Virus record (IMG/VR): IMGVR_UViG_2529292720_000015
Length of the DNA: 38,578 nucleotides
From: a virus
Taxonomy: Duplodnaviria > Heunggongvirae > Uroviricota > Caudoviricetes
Strand: one strand, 5' to 3'
Made by a program: the position numbers and the translations under genes. The notes under the pieces are model-generated. The model worked only from the letters and a program-made list of their open reading frames with translations. It ran no database searches and was not told where the DNA came from. Below are positions 20,771 to 29,853 of the stretch, piece by piece (the stretch's first letter is position 1; each line of letters starts with the position of its first letter).

Positions 20771-21230
20771 TTACCACCCCACCAGCATCTTTAAAACTGG
20801 AAATCAGGTCACCGATTTTATGTTCATACTGACCGTAACCTGCACCAGGTAACGACGCCCAGATATTGCTGCAACGGTCGATTGCCTGACGAATATCGCC
20901 ACGGTCAATCATCGGTAAAGCGCCACGCTCTTTAATCTGCTGCAGCGCCACAGCGTCCTGACTTTCTGGCGAAAAATCTTTCAGGCCAAGCTGCTTGCGG
21001 TAGGCATCCCACCAGCGTGAAAGAAGTTGATACCGGCCTGCAGCTGTTGATTTAAGCTTCGGGTTTAGCGTGACAAGTTTGCGAGGGTGATCGGAGTAAT
21101 CAGTGAACAACTCACCTCCGACGATAACGTCATAACCGTGATTACGTGTCGGTTGTCGCCCGTTATCCGTTCCTTCTGACCAGGCCACCATATCCAGGAA
21201 AGCTTTACGCTGGGGATTTAGTTCCTGCAT
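20754..21230 (-). CDS. R: endolysin, lambda R-like lytic transglycosylase
   Basis: 158-aa product MQELNPQRKAFLDMVAWSEGTDNGRQPTRNHGYDVIVGGELFTDYSDHPRKLVTLNPKLKS... is near-identical over most of its length to phage lambda R as I remember it. Confidence 0.85.
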   Translation of the reverse strand: MQELNPQRKAFLDMVAWSEGTDNGRQPTRNHGYDVIVGGELFTDYSDHPRKLVTLNPKLKSTAAGRYQLLSRWWDAYRKQLGLKDFSPESQDAVALQQIKERGALPMIDRGDIRQAIDRCSNIWASLPGAGYGQYEHKIGDLISSFKDAGGVVNEADL

Positions 21231-21233
21231 AAA

Positions 21234-21593
21234 TTACTCCTTCGAGCTACCAAATTTGTTACCGATTACTCGCATTGCAGCCCCACGAATAGCATCGACA
21301 CCGATCAGCCCAACGCCGCCACCAATGGCAACAGAAAGCGATTTAGGCCATCCAACATACTCAAGAGCGGATGCAAAGGTCAGCGTCAGAGCACCACAGA
21401 GCAAAATCTCAAGCGTTTTTCGTTTCCAGCCGCCGCCACCGCCAAAATAGGCAATGCGCAACCCAGCCATAACAATTGACATAACCACTGCGCCCAACGG
21501 CGTATCTCCACGCCACCAACTTTGTAAGAGTTCCAGTAAGTCAGGCCAGGAATGAGGAGCATTGTGCATTTTCATACTTCCCCCCTCCGCCAT
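21234..21593 (-). CDS. holin, putative
   Basis: 119-aa ORF immediately upstream of the endolysin, with hydrophobic helices and a charged C-terminus. A possible dual start (M...MKM) is present. Confidence 0.55.
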   Translation of the reverse strand: MAEGGSMKMHNAPHSWPDLLELLQSWWRGDTPLGAVVMSIVMAGLRIAYFGGGGGWKRKTLEILLCGALTLTFASALEYVGWPKSLSVAIGGGVGLIGVDAIRGAAMRVIGNKFGSSKE

Positions 21594-21676
21594 TACGGGG
21601 TGTTGTTGAAAGGCGGGCCCTGCGTATACGCCCGTAGGATTGGGTTATGAGCCGTCCTTCGGTGGGCCCTGAATAC

Positions 21677-21699
21677 AAAAAAAGTTCGCCATAGCGAAC
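21677..21699 (-). terminator. intrinsic terminator in the late leader region
   Basis: On the minus strand, GTTCGC-TATG-GCGAAC (perfect 6-bp stem) is followed by TTTTTTT. Confidence 0.55.
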
Positions 21700-21929
21700 C
21701 TTGTTAAATTTGTTAAAAAAGGAAGTTATTTAACATAATGTACGTTATAGGAACCACACGATCCCCGCTCGCAATAGATTTGCGATGAAAGGCCTATTTA
21801 ATCAACTTAAGTGGTCCAGAATGACGAAATTCGAGTGAATAAAAGGTGCATAAAAAAGGGCAAAAACTGCATAGCGTTTTTTCGCGACGAAAACCCTGTT
21901 TTATTAACTTTTACTGAGAATAGAGCATT

Positions 21930-21953
21930 AAAAAAGGCCCCCTTGCGGGAGCC
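21930..21953 (-). terminator. intrinsic terminator (tR'-like candidate)
   Basis: On the minus strand, GGCUCCC-GCAA-GGGGGCC (7-bp stem with one G-U pair, tetraloop) is followed by UUUUUU. Confidence 0.5.
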
Positions 21954-22020
21954 TCTTCGTGATGAACTGTTTTCAACAGATATCAGGCTAATCGGCTTTT
22001 TGGAATTCCACAACTATTTT

Positions 22021-22362
22021 TTATCTTACCTTGATGCCTGATGCCGTCAGATGTTTACGACAGTCCTGAATACCTTCGTTATAACCCGCATCGTAGAAGC
22101 TATCCGGCTTTGCCTTCAGCGCAGGAAGCGTAACGCTGGTAGCTCTTCGTTCGGCCAGAACACCTGCCTGAAAGAGTGTCCACATCAACTGAACTGCTGA
22201 ATCACAGTAAGTAACATCTTCACTGTACAATTCTCGTTCAATCCTGATGCCAAGTTGAGCCTTCATTGATGCGCCAATATTACCTTTGACCTGCAACGAC
22301 AGGTCTGGGTACCTCTGTTCCATGAAGCTTTCAAATCTGTTGCGAACGCTGATCAGAGCCAT
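22021..22362 (-). CDS. hypothetical protein downstream of Q
   Basis: 113-aa ORF 31 nt downstream of the Q stop, with normal GC. No recognisable motif. Confidence 0.45.
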   Translation of the reverse strand: MALISVRNRFESFMEQRYPDLSLQVKGNIGASMKAQLGIRIERELYSEDVTYCDSAVQLMWTLFQAGVLAERRATSVTLPALKAKPDSFYDAGYNEGIQDCRKHLTASGIKVR

Positions 22363-22393
22363 CTGGTTCCCTTACGTGATTGATTGCTGGATA

Positions 22394-22816
22394 TTATGCC
22401 GCCGAGCAGCTCCTACGCAAAGTCCTGATAGCCTGAGGCTTTGACTGAACCGACTGATCCATTTCGAGCACCACATCCAGCATGGCTAAGCAACCGTCAA
22501 TAAATCCCTCTGCCGCCTGAAGCCTCTTCAGAACGTGGGTGTGAGATACGCCGAGCTTCTCACCCATCGCCCTCACGGGCATGGCCTGGACGTAATGCCA
22601 CTCAAGGAGCGTGCACAGATACGGATCTTTTTTCTTCAAGCAGCTCATAGCGGAGTTGATGATAAGACCGTCATTGTCACTGCATTTCAGCCTTCCAGAC
22701 TGCGTCGCGGGTAGCAGATTCTTAAACCCGGCTGCAACAGGAGGAAAGTAGACGCTACCACCTTCACTCGCTGCCCAGCCACCCCAGCGCTCTAAAACCT
22801 GTTGAATATTACGCAT
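22394..22816 (-). CDS. Q: late-gene antitermination protein Q (Q82-type family)
   Basis: 140-aa ORF with Cys-rich and basic segments, upstream of the late leader region and lysis genes. Family assignment is from recalled similarity. Confidence 0.65.
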   Translation of the reverse strand: MRNIQQVLERWGGWAASEGGSVYFPPVAAGFKNLLPATQSGRLKCSDNDGLIINSAMSCLKKKDPYLCTLLEWHYVQAMPVRAMGEKLGVSHTHVLKRLQAAEGFIDGCLAMLDVVLEMDQSVQSKPQAIRTLRRSCSAA

Positions 22817-22946
22817 AGCTCTGACCTCTACGTTTTGCTACGAAAAAATTTTCTGAGAACTACGTCTGTATATCCGTGGGTGTGGATAACGCAGTTCCGA
22901 TCCGCATATTGCATGTATCAACATGCAAAAAGTTGCTAATGCGGAG

Positions 22947-23136
22947 TGGAACCACCTGCCCCCACCTGGAACCACCTTTTCCTAACCTTTCCCTCAATCG
23001 ACTTATATATATATATGGGGTTTCTAGTAGAAAGGCGGTTCCAGTGGTTCCAGTAGTTCCGCCCCGCTTGCCACAAGGTCTGCAAGGTGGAACCACCTTC
23101 TCTTCTAGGTGGTTCCGCGTGGTTCCAGCGGTTCCC
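22947..23136. repeat. iteron-like repeat cluster, candidate origin of replication
   Basis: TGGAACCACC / GGTTCC(A) occurs about 9 times in both orientations within roughly 190 bp (22947-22956, 22967-22976, 23037-23060, 23087-23098, 23109-23136), next to a (TA)6-7 tract at 23004-23016. The cluster overlaps the 3' end of the primase gene. Confidence 0.45.
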
Positions 23137-25291
23137 AAACCTTGCATTTTTTCCCCCCAATTCGCCTTTGGGCACGCTTATACCCGCAATTTTGCAAAAC
23201 ATTACTAATTCGCATTTCTTCGCGTTTTCCGATGCGGTCAGGATTTAGCCCAATCGCATCACGCAAAACATCACTTGCGCGTAAAAATTCGCAATTTCGC
23301 GGAAGTTCATTAGTCATCAGGTCTGGCGTGTCGAGCCATTTCTCTACCGTTTCAAGCCAAGCATCCTTGATGGTGTACTGTTCATGGACACTCGCTGCCA
23401 GTTGTTCAGCCTCACGGAACTGGATACCCCCCAGACGCTGAAACACCTCACGAGCCTCAGCCCAAAGTAAAAGGAGATCTCTTTTTATCGCTTTCACGTC
23501 GACTTTCGACACTTCCACGGGGAGCCAGCGACGGTTACCAGTCTTGTCCGCAAGGAATTCGTCCTCATTGGTGGTACCAACGAACACCAGGCGACGAGGA
23601 AACTGGGTGGCGAACTCCCGGTATTTCGGGATCCAGTTTTCGTGAGTACGTGTCACAAACGCTTTGATTGACTCCAGCTCTTTGGTATTAAGTCCGCGCA
23701 GTTCACCAATCTCTGCCACCAGCCGACCACGCATTTTTCGAGCGAGATCATCGTCTTTTTCGGCAAAAGAGATTTCAGTAAAAAACGCAGGATCAGGGCT
23801 CAGTGCCTCCACTCCGGAAGACTTACCGCAGCCCTGCGGACCAACGAGGATCGGCACCATATCCGCTTTGATGCCTGGCTCCAGTACTCGCCCCGCCAAC
23901 GCGGTCCACATGTACATAGACACCGCACGGGTATAAGGCGTGTTGGCTGTACCGAAGTGCGTATGGTAGAAACATTCGATGCGCGGCACGCCATCCCACT
24001 CCAGCCCGTTCAGCCAGGTGATCGCTGAATCGAATGGTTGTTCATCGGCTGCAAGTAACACCACATCGCGAATAAGTTCACGACCAACAGGTTTAAATCC
24101 CCGCTTTTCCATCGTGATGCGCAGGCGCGCATAATCCGCATCGGTGAATGCTCGCCATTGTCCGGATCCTGCAGGGGCAAACATGATTTCGTCGCGGAAC
24201 TGGTCAAAGCGAATATCGATGTCCACAAAATCAGGGCGTACTACTGCTTTGGCTGCGTTGCTGATGGTTGCCTCGATACGCCCCCATTTATCACGCTCGA
24301 AAGCAGGCAGCGGTAAAGGTTCCGCCACTTCGGTGCTGGTCAGATCTTCGAAATCGTCGTTGCGGATCCCGATGGCATTAAGGAAATCTCCGTCATCACG
24401 ATGCGCACAACTGGCATGCAGGCATTTAAAATGCCCCTGCTCAAAGCCCGCGGTTCCCGCAGGAAAATAAGCTGTGCTTGTTGGATCGCCCCCGCTACTG
24501 TGGCCGTCTTCAAACGGACAGCGGATATATCGTTCACCATTTGCGCCATCCAGCAGCGTCCAGCCATTGGCATCAAGATATTCAGCTGTATCATCCGTCG
24601 CGCCGGGCGTGAATGCTGATCGGTCGCGCATCTTCGTGTTGCCCGCTTCGGTGGTTACCGACACAGGGAGTTGTTCAGCCAGGCGCTGCCACAGCGTTTC
24701 AAGCTGCTCACCAGTAATAGCCGGAGGTTCATCCGGCAAACCACCGTCCCATTCAATACGCGCGCCGCTGCTGTGCGTACCACAGGCAACGAACTGCTGC
24801 CCGTTCGCCAGCAACTCGATAATGCCCATATCCCCCGCCAGGCGATGGATACGCTTACGGAAATCACCATCAACGGCCAGCAGATACAGACACTTATTAC
24901 TGTTTGCTCGCCAGCGTCGCGGCGGCAACTCCCCCAGAAGTTGCACAAGCGTTTTGCGAATATCTGCCTGAATGTCTTCATCTTCGCTATCGCAGTCCAG
25001 CGCCAGCCAGCCATGGCCTGTACGCACGCAGATGCCATAATCCGGTTCATTCGACCAGCGGGCAAAATCATGCTCAGTAACAACATACCCGGTCCATTGA
25101 GCAATACCGGTGACCTGGCGGTCCCGGTTATAGCGACTTGGCGTCTTGCCCAGCGCTTTCAGTTTACTATCAGGGGATATGGTCGCACCGGGGTTACATA
25201 CAACTGGGAGAAGATGCTCAGTTCTCCCCAATACCAGGTCGAAATGAAACCACTCATCAGGCGTAGCTCCCCATGGTTTGCTATCGGACAT
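23105..25291 (-). CDS. DNA primase (prim-pol N-terminal domain plus VirE/D5-like P-loop NTPase)
   Basis: 728-aa ORF with an N-terminal primase-polymerase-like region, a CxxC/H zinc-binding-like segment (HFKCLHASCAHRD) and a Walker A motif (GPQGCGKSS). Confidence 0.75.
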   Translation of the reverse strand: MSDSKPWGATPDEWFHFDLVLGRTEHLLPVVCNPGATISPDSKLKALGKTPSRYNRDRQVTGIAQWTGYVVTEHDFARWSNEPDYGICVRTGHGWLALDCDSEDEDIQADIRKTLVQLLGELPPRRWRANSNKCLYLLAVDGDFRKRIHRLAGDMGIIELLANGQQFVACGTHSSGARIEWDGGLPDEPPAITGEQLETLWQRLAEQLPVSVTTEAGNTKMRDRSAFTPGATDDTAEYLDANGWTLLDGANGERYIRCPFEDGHSSGGDPTSTAYFPAGTAGFEQGHFKCLHASCAHRDDGDFLNAIGIRNDDFEDLTSTEVAEPLPLPAFERDKWGRIEATISNAAKAVVRPDFVDIDIRFDQFRDEIMFAPAGSGQWRAFTDADYARLRITMEKRGFKPVGRELIRDVVLLAADEQPFDSAITWLNGLEWDGVPRIECFYHTHFGTANTPYTRAVSMYMWTALAGRVLEPGIKADMVPILVGPQGCGKSSGVEALSPDPAFFTEISFAEKDDDLARKMRGRLVAEIGELRGLNTKELESIKAFVTRTHENWIPKYREFATQFPRRLVFVGTTNEDEFLADKTGNRRWLPVEVSKVDVKAIKRDLLLLWAEAREVFQRLGGIQFREAEQLAASVHEQYTIKDAWLETVEKWLDTPDLMTNELPRNCEFLRASDVLRDAIGLNPDRIGKREEMRISNVLQNCGYKRAQRRIGGKKCKVWEPLEPRGTT

Positions 25292-25294
25292 GGG

Positions 25295-25525
25295 TTAAGC
25301 CTTTTTATCGTTTTGTGAGCCATACAACAGCCAATTAGGGTCGCAATCCAATGCTATAGACATTTCAAGAAGATAACGTGGCCGAGCAATAACACCACTT
25401 TCAATTCTGTTTATTGCCTGCTGGCTCACTCCTGTGAGCTCAGCCAACGTAACTTGCGTCATTTTGAGTTCTTTACGTCGTTCTTTTACTCGGGTCGCTA
25501 AGGTCATTGCTTTCACCTCATACAA
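25295..25525 (-). CDS. Cro-like HTH (XRE family) transcriptional regulator
   Basis: 76-aa ORF with an HTH motif (QVTLAELTGVSQQAINRIESG). It is divergent from the CI-like gene and is the first gene of the leftward operon. Confidence 0.75.
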   Translation of the reverse strand: MYEVKAMTLATRVKERRKELKMTQVTLAELTGVSQQAINRIESGVIARPRYLLEMSIALDCDPNWLLYGSQNDKKA

Positions 25526-25627
25526 TTTTAGTGGTATTTAGCAACAACAAACGAGGTTTGTCAAATACAACAAAAATTGTTTTTAATGTGGGTATACACA
25601 TTAATACAACCCAGAAGGACTAATCCC
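25526..25627. promoter_or_regulatory. divergent promoter/operator region of the immunity switch
   Basis: 102-bp AT-rich intergenic region between the divergent HTH regulator genes. Individual -35/-10 elements and operators are not confidently resolved. Confidence 0.4.
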
Positions 25628-26251
25628 ATGTCTCTCGCAGCCCGTTTTAAAGCACGTCGTTTGGAATTAGGAATGACTCAAGTGGAAGTAGCGAATTCTG
25701 CAGGGGTTAGCCAACAATCCATAGAATCCATCGAAAGTGGACGAACCAGAAAGCCGCGCAATCTTCTGGATCTGGCTAAGGCCTTGAAATGTAGCCCAGA
25801 CTGGCTACTGAACGGTAAAAATATTATGCCTCTCGCGGAGATAAGTACCAGACGCATACCTATATTAAGTTACGTTCAGGCAGGAGAGCTTACAGAAGCA
25901 AGAGACATAACAGATCTGACAGGGGAATTTGAATATATTTTGGCAGACTCTGACATTCCAGAAACATGCTTCGCATTACGTATTGATGGCGACAGCATGC
26001 AACCAGAGTTTAAAGAAGGAGACATTGTTATCATCGATCCTGATCTATGTCCTGCACCAGGGGAGTTTGTTGTCGCCAAAAACGACGGTCACGAAGCTAC
26101 ATTTAAAAAATACCGTCCATTAGGAATCGGCATCGACGACTTTGAATTAATCCCCCTAAATCCTGATTACCCTATTTTTCGTAGTGCAGATATGAACTTA
26201 CAGATCATAGGTGTAATGATCGAACACCGTATTTACCGCCGTAAACGTTAG
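25628..26251 (+). CDS. CI/LexA-like repressor with S24 peptidase domain
   Basis: The ORF track starts at 25577, but the likely start is the Met at MSLAARFKARR (25628), preceded by GAAGGA. The product has an N-terminal HTH (TQVEVANSAGVSQQSIESIESG) and a C-terminal S24 autopeptidase-like domain with Ser (DGDSM) and Lys (KKY) motifs. Confidence 0.8.
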   Translation: MSLAARFKARRLELGMTQVEVANSAGVSQQSIESIESGRTRKPRNLLDLAKALKCSPDWLLNGKNIMPLAEISTRRIPILSYVQAGELTEARDITDLTGEFEYILADSDIPETCFALRIDGDSMQPEFKEGDIVIIDPDLCPAPGEFVVAKNDGHEATFKKYRPLGIGIDDFELIPLNPDYPIFRSADMNLQIIGVMIEHRIYRRKR

Positions 26252-26270
26252 TATTCCCACCGTAAATATC

Positions 26271-26296
26271 GGGAGGCGTAACAGCCTCCCTTACCC
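26271..26296 (+). terminator. possible terminator after the CI-like gene
   Basis: GGGAGGC-GTAACA-GCCTCCC hairpin followed by a weak, interrupted T-tract (TTaccccaTTT). Confidence 0.3.
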
Positions 26297-26573
26297 CATT
26301 TGTAAAGTCTTACAAATTAAATTCACTTAAATATCAATAAAGTAGTATTCACACCCCACAAAATACCACATTTGTGGTTTACACAATACAACTCAAATTG
26401 TATCTTTAGCCACAAGTCGAACGGCGCGACTCTAAACCATGCGTCGGGACCGTGGCGGGACAGGATGTCGGCAATACGGGTCAGTAAGTTCCCTTTGGGG
26501 TGCGGCGAAGCACTGTCTACTGATACAAGTCGAAGCCGCCGAACCACCAAAGTGAACTGAATGAGGAAACGGC

Positions 26574-26768
26574 GTGAAAACGTATAAACCGCTCAAAGGT
26601 GAATGCCCTGCTTGCCAAACACAGCTTCAGACACCAAAGCCAAAACGATACCAAATCAACGAATGTTATGAGCACTGCCCTGGATGTGGTGCTTTCCTGC
26701 ATACCATTGCAACGCACTGGCGTGTCCGCTTCAACCTTGTGGTACCACGTACGCACAATACCAACTGA
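26574..26768 (+). CDS. small zinc-ribbon protein, hypothetical
   Basis: 64-aa ORF with a GTG start preceded by GAGGAA. It carries CPAC ... CPGC, a four-Cys zinc-ribbon-like arrangement. Confidence 0.4.
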   Translation: MKTYKPLKGECPACQTQLQTPKPKRYQINECYEHCPGCGAFLHTIATHWRVRFNLVVPRTHNTN

Positions 26769-26884
26769 ATCATCCATGTAATTGCTGTGTGTAGTCTTTG
26801 CCCGCCGCAAGTGACGGGCTTTTTTATGTCTGAAAGCGCACTCGCAACAGCGCGCTCCCCGATATGAAAAAAGGAATACAACCG

Positions 26885-27034
26885 ATGAAACCTGAACACT
26901 TCTATCGACTGACGGGGCGCGATGTTCTCCGTTATCGCCGTAAAAACTTCGATTTGATGACCGGTCTGGCCGTTGCCACTGCGCTCGGTCTGATCATCAC
27001 TTTCATTCTCCTTGTAGCGAGGACCACAGTATGA
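26885..27034 (+). CDS. small single-TM membrane protein (49 aa), hypothetical
   Basis: Product [49 protein letters not shown]. Its stop overlaps the downstream start in an ATGA arrangement. It is below the ORF-track length cutoff. Confidence 0.35.
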   Translation: MKPEHFYRLTGRDVLRYRRKNFDLMTGLAVATALGLIITFILLVARTTV

Positions 27035-27933
27035 GTTTAGAAACCAGTCTCGAACTTAATAATCAACTTCTGGCACAACATAATGCGCTGCTTGAACGTC
27101 TTATCCGCACGATGGCATCAGGTATTGTTATGCATCCTGACACGATTTCACGAGTGCAGGAATGTCGGGATACAGCAACTGAAACTGAAAATATGTCAGC
27201 GGCAATGACACTGGATGATCTGGAGTTCAGCGACGTTATCGCACTGGCTGGTTTCTACCCGGTAGCCACCCCTATCACAGAAGACATGCTGCAACGTGCT
27301 GTTGCCTACCGTGATGCTGAAGGCGATAAACGAGTAGTTCAGATTGATGCTCTCGACAGCGCATTGCAGGGCGTCAAACGAGCCAGGGCACTGCATAAAC
27401 CCGCTCTTCTGGACCTGTCCCGTAACATTCTTAAGTTCTGGGACGACCTGCCAACCATCGGCGAGCGACGTGCTTTTGCCGAGCAACTACTTGATGCACC
27501 TGCAGATGGGCGTGATGAAGTTAAGCCGAAAAAGGCCAGTAACAAAGATGGAGAACGCACGGGGCCGTTTTACGTCAAAAATGTATCCGGCACAGCAGCC
27601 AGTGAACTCCACACCTTACGCAAGTTGAACGAGATGCTTAAAAAAGGCCATATCGAGATCAACCGTGTTGAGTACCTTCAGCTGCAGGAAGAATTTGCAC
27701 GCAGAGACGCAGCAAATTCCAGCCAGAATAATGACGCCAAAGATGACCATACAATTGATTTCGCGGCACTACGCAAACAAGCTGAAGGGTTGATCCTCCA
27801 GTTAGCAAAAGGGGGTTACCGGGCAGAAGCTATTGCAATTCTGGAAAAACAGGGAGCCAGGAAACTTGGTGAAGTAACGGATGAAAATCTCGCTGAAGTA
27901 ATCACCCTGGCTGAAAAAGCACTGGAGGGTTAA
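27031..27933 (+). CDS. hypothetical protein (replication-module associated)
   Basis: 300-aa ORF, translationally coupled to the upstream small ORF, with a 2-nt gap to the DUF2800 gene. No motif recognised. Confidence 0.55.
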   Translation: MSLETSLELNNQLLAQHNALLERLIRTMASGIVMHPDTISRVQECRDTATETENMSAAMTLDDLEFSDVIALAGFYPVATPITEDMLQRAVAYRDAEGDKRVVQIDALDSALQGVKRARALHKPALLDLSRNILKFWDDLPTIGERRAFAEQLLDAPADGRDEVKPKKASNKDGERTGPFYVKNVSGTAASELHTLRKLNEMLKKGHIEINRVEYLQLQEEFARRDAANSSQNNDAKDDHTIDFAALRKQAEGLILQLAKGGYRAEAIAILEKQGARKLGEVTDENLAEVITLAEKALEG

Positions 27934-27935
27934 TC

Positions 27936-29237
27936 ATGCCAGACGTTCATGCACAACTTTCTCCATCATCAGCGCATCGATGGATGCGCTGCCCAGGAAG
28001 TCTGGCGCTGGAGGCCACACAACCGGATAAAGAAACAACTTTTGCAATCGAGGGCACTGCAGCGCACGCGCTTGCTGAAAAAGTTCTACGAAACAGGCAA
28101 AGCCACCCGGAACACTACGCCGGATGCAATGTTTCTATGTTTCTCGGCTCATACCCCCTTCGCGAAAATCCTGATGATACATCTGGCCCACAGGTGGATG
28201 ATGAAATGGTCGAAGCCGTTGGCCGGTATGTTGATACGGTCTGGACTCTTGCACAGAATAATGAACTATTGGTTGAACAACGTGTTGATTTCTCACATAT
28301 AACGGGGGTGGAAGAATCTTTCGGAACTGCCGACGGCATAATCATCGCTGGTAACGAATTACAAATCCACGACCTGAAATATGGCAAAGGCGTCCGCATT
28401 GATGCAGAACAAAATGAGCAACTACAACTGTATGCTCTGGGTGCGCTCGAACAATTCAGCATGCTGTATGACTTTGAGACTGTAAGATTATTTATTCACC
28501 AGCCAAGGCTCAACCACGTTTCAGAATGGTCGTTAACCGTGCAGGAACTTCAGTCTTTCGGTAAACGAGCACAGGAGGCCGCAACCAGTGCGATCCTTGT
28601 TCTCAATATTGCTGAATGCGAAGGCATTGAGACACTACCGCTGGAAAACTTCATACCTGGAGAAAAACAGTGCCGCTTCTGTAAAGCAAAAGCTATTTGC
28701 ACTGCCCAGAAAATGCAGCATTTACAAACAGCGGCCAGCGACTTTGAAGATCTGACAAAGCCTGTCAGCGAAATAATCACCAATGCCAGCGCACGTGTAC
28801 CTCTGTTAACCATTGAGCAGCTTGCGGAGATCTATAGCCAGGCCGACTTTATTGAGTCCTGGCTAAAGGCAGTACGGGACCGGGTTCACAATGAACTCAA
28901 TGCCGGACATCCGGTACCGGGGTTTAAACTGGTAACAGGAAAACAAGGTAACCGGGCCTGGAGTGATGAAGAGGCAGCTCGCGCACTTCTGAAGGACCAG
29001 TTCAGGTACAAAACTGAAGAAGTATTCGACTTTAAACTTATTAGCCCCACAAAAGCCGAAAAACTTATCAAAAAGGCCAGTCCGCGCCGTTGGTCAAAAG
29101 TCGAGGCACTGATAACACGAGCTGATGGTAAACCCACCATCGTTCCCGAGTCAGACCCACGCCCCGCACTCAATATCAACCCTGTAAATGATTTCGACGA
29201 CGTATCCGACGATACGCTAACCGCAGACCTCATCTGA
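27936..29237 (+). CDS. DUF2800-family PD-(D/E)XK (Cas4-like) nuclease
   Basis: The N-terminus [15 protein letters not shown] is the hallmark of the DUF2800 family as I recall it, and a C-terminal Cys cluster ([10 protein letters not shown]) is present. This is its typical position ahead of DUF2815 and the polymerase. Confidence 0.75.
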   Translation: MPDVHAQLSPSSAHRWMRCPGSLALEATQPDKETTFAIEGTAAHALAEKVLRNRQSHPEHYAGCNVSMFLGSYPLRENPDDTSGPQVDDEMVEAVGRYVDTVWTLAQNNELLVEQRVDFSHITGVEESFGTADGIIIAGNELQIHDLKYGKGVRIDAEQNEQLQLYALGALEQFSMLYDFETVRLFIHQPRLNHVSEWSLTVQELQSFGKRAQEAATSAILVLNIAECEGIETLPLENFIPGEKQCRFCKAKAICTAQKMQHLQTAASDFEDLTKPVSEIITNASARVPLLTIEQLAEIYSQADFIESWLKAVRDRVHNELNAGHPVPGFKLVTGKQGNRAWSDEEAARALLKDQFRYKTEEVFDFKLISPTKAEKLIKKASPRRWSKVEALITRADGKPTIVPESDPRPALNINPVNDFDDVSDDTLTADLI

Positions 29238-29252
29238 TTTAAGGAAATACCC

Positions 29253-29696
29253 ATGAAACTGAAGCTGAACAATGTTCGTCTGGCCTTCCCGTCTCTGTTT
29301 GAAGCTAAAACTGTAAACGGCGAAGGCGATCCACGTTTCTCCGCAGTATTTTTAATGTCACCCAAACACCCACAACTGGAAGAAATCCGTAAAGCTATGA
29401 AGCAGGTAGCGAAGGAAAAATGGGGAGAGAAGTGGGAGCCCATTTATAACCAACTGGAGAAAAAACTCAATCTGTGCCTGCATGATGGTGATGAAAAAGC
29501 AGAGTATGAAGGCTTCCCCGGCAATTTCTTCCTGAATGCTGCTAACAAAGCGCGCCCAGCTGTTCTTGATCGCGATCGTTCGCCACTTATTCAGGCTGAT
29601 GGACGTCCCTATGCAGGGTGCTATGTAAACGCCGTTATCGATATCTGGGCACAGGACAATAATTTCGGTAAACGCATTAATGCCTCACTCGGCTGA
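29253..29696 (+). CDS. DUF2815-family protein (SSB-like), apparently C-terminally truncated by an in-frame TGA
   Basis: The N-terminus MKLKLNNVRLAFPSLFEAK is typical of DUF2815. After the TGA at 29694-29696 the frame continues for 34 codons (VQFLRDGDAFAVGGVASADDFDDISEGADAEALI) to a TAA at 29799. Confidence 0.75.
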   Translation: MKLKLNNVRLAFPSLFEAKTVNGEGDPRFSAVFLMSPKHPQLEEIRKAMKQVAKEKWGEKWEPIYNQLEKKLNLCLHDGDEKAEYEGFPGNFFLNAANKARPAVLDRDRSPLIQADGRPYAGCYVNAVIDIWAQDNNFGKRINASLG

Positions 29697-29853
29697 GTCC
29701 AGTTCCTGCGAGACGGCGATGCATTCGCTGTCGGCGGAGTGGCAAGCGCTGACGATTTCGACGATATCAGCGAAGGTGCTGATGCTGAAGCACTGATTTA
29801 ACCCTACTTCATAGACGCCCGGTTAAATACCGGGCTGCTGATTAGGCGCATAA

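Noticed and set aside
21600-21700. Possible tRNA or structured RNA in the GC-rich segment ggcgggccctgcgtatacgcccgtagg...
   Set aside because: I found no cloverleaf-compatible acceptor/T-arm pattern and no GTTCGAATC-like T-loop. The local hairpin is better explained as a terminator.
21807-22041. Small ORFs (68 and 76 aa) in the late leader region
   Set aside because: They lack ribosome-binding sites, overlap the predicted terminator hairpins and fall in a region expected to be regulatory.
22947-23136. GGTTCC/GGAACC repeats considered as a possible CRISPR array
   Set aside because: The repeats are short (7-10 bp), occur in both orientations and have no regular spacers, which fits iterons and not CRISPR.
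23109-25318. Many antisense or alternative-frame ORFs within the primase gene (for example 24474..24971, 24671..25318, 24655..25104)
   Set aside because: They overlap a 728-aa ORF with clear primase motifs. They are typical long spurious frames in GC-rich coding DNA.
26323-26810. ORFs 26323..26550 (-), 26372..26560 (+), 26517..26810 (-) and 26666..26899 (-) in the region right of the repressor gene
   Set aside because: They overlap each other and the better-supported plus-strand zinc-ribbon ORF, and lack ribosome-binding sites. Treated as non-coding or antisense artefacts, though a small regulatory RNA here is not excluded.
29800-29853. Hairpin gcccggttaaataccgggc between DUF2815 and the AT-rich membrane gene, considered as a bidirectional terminator
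   Set aside because: The stem-loop is present but has no U-tract on either strand, so it is not a convincing intrinsic terminator.
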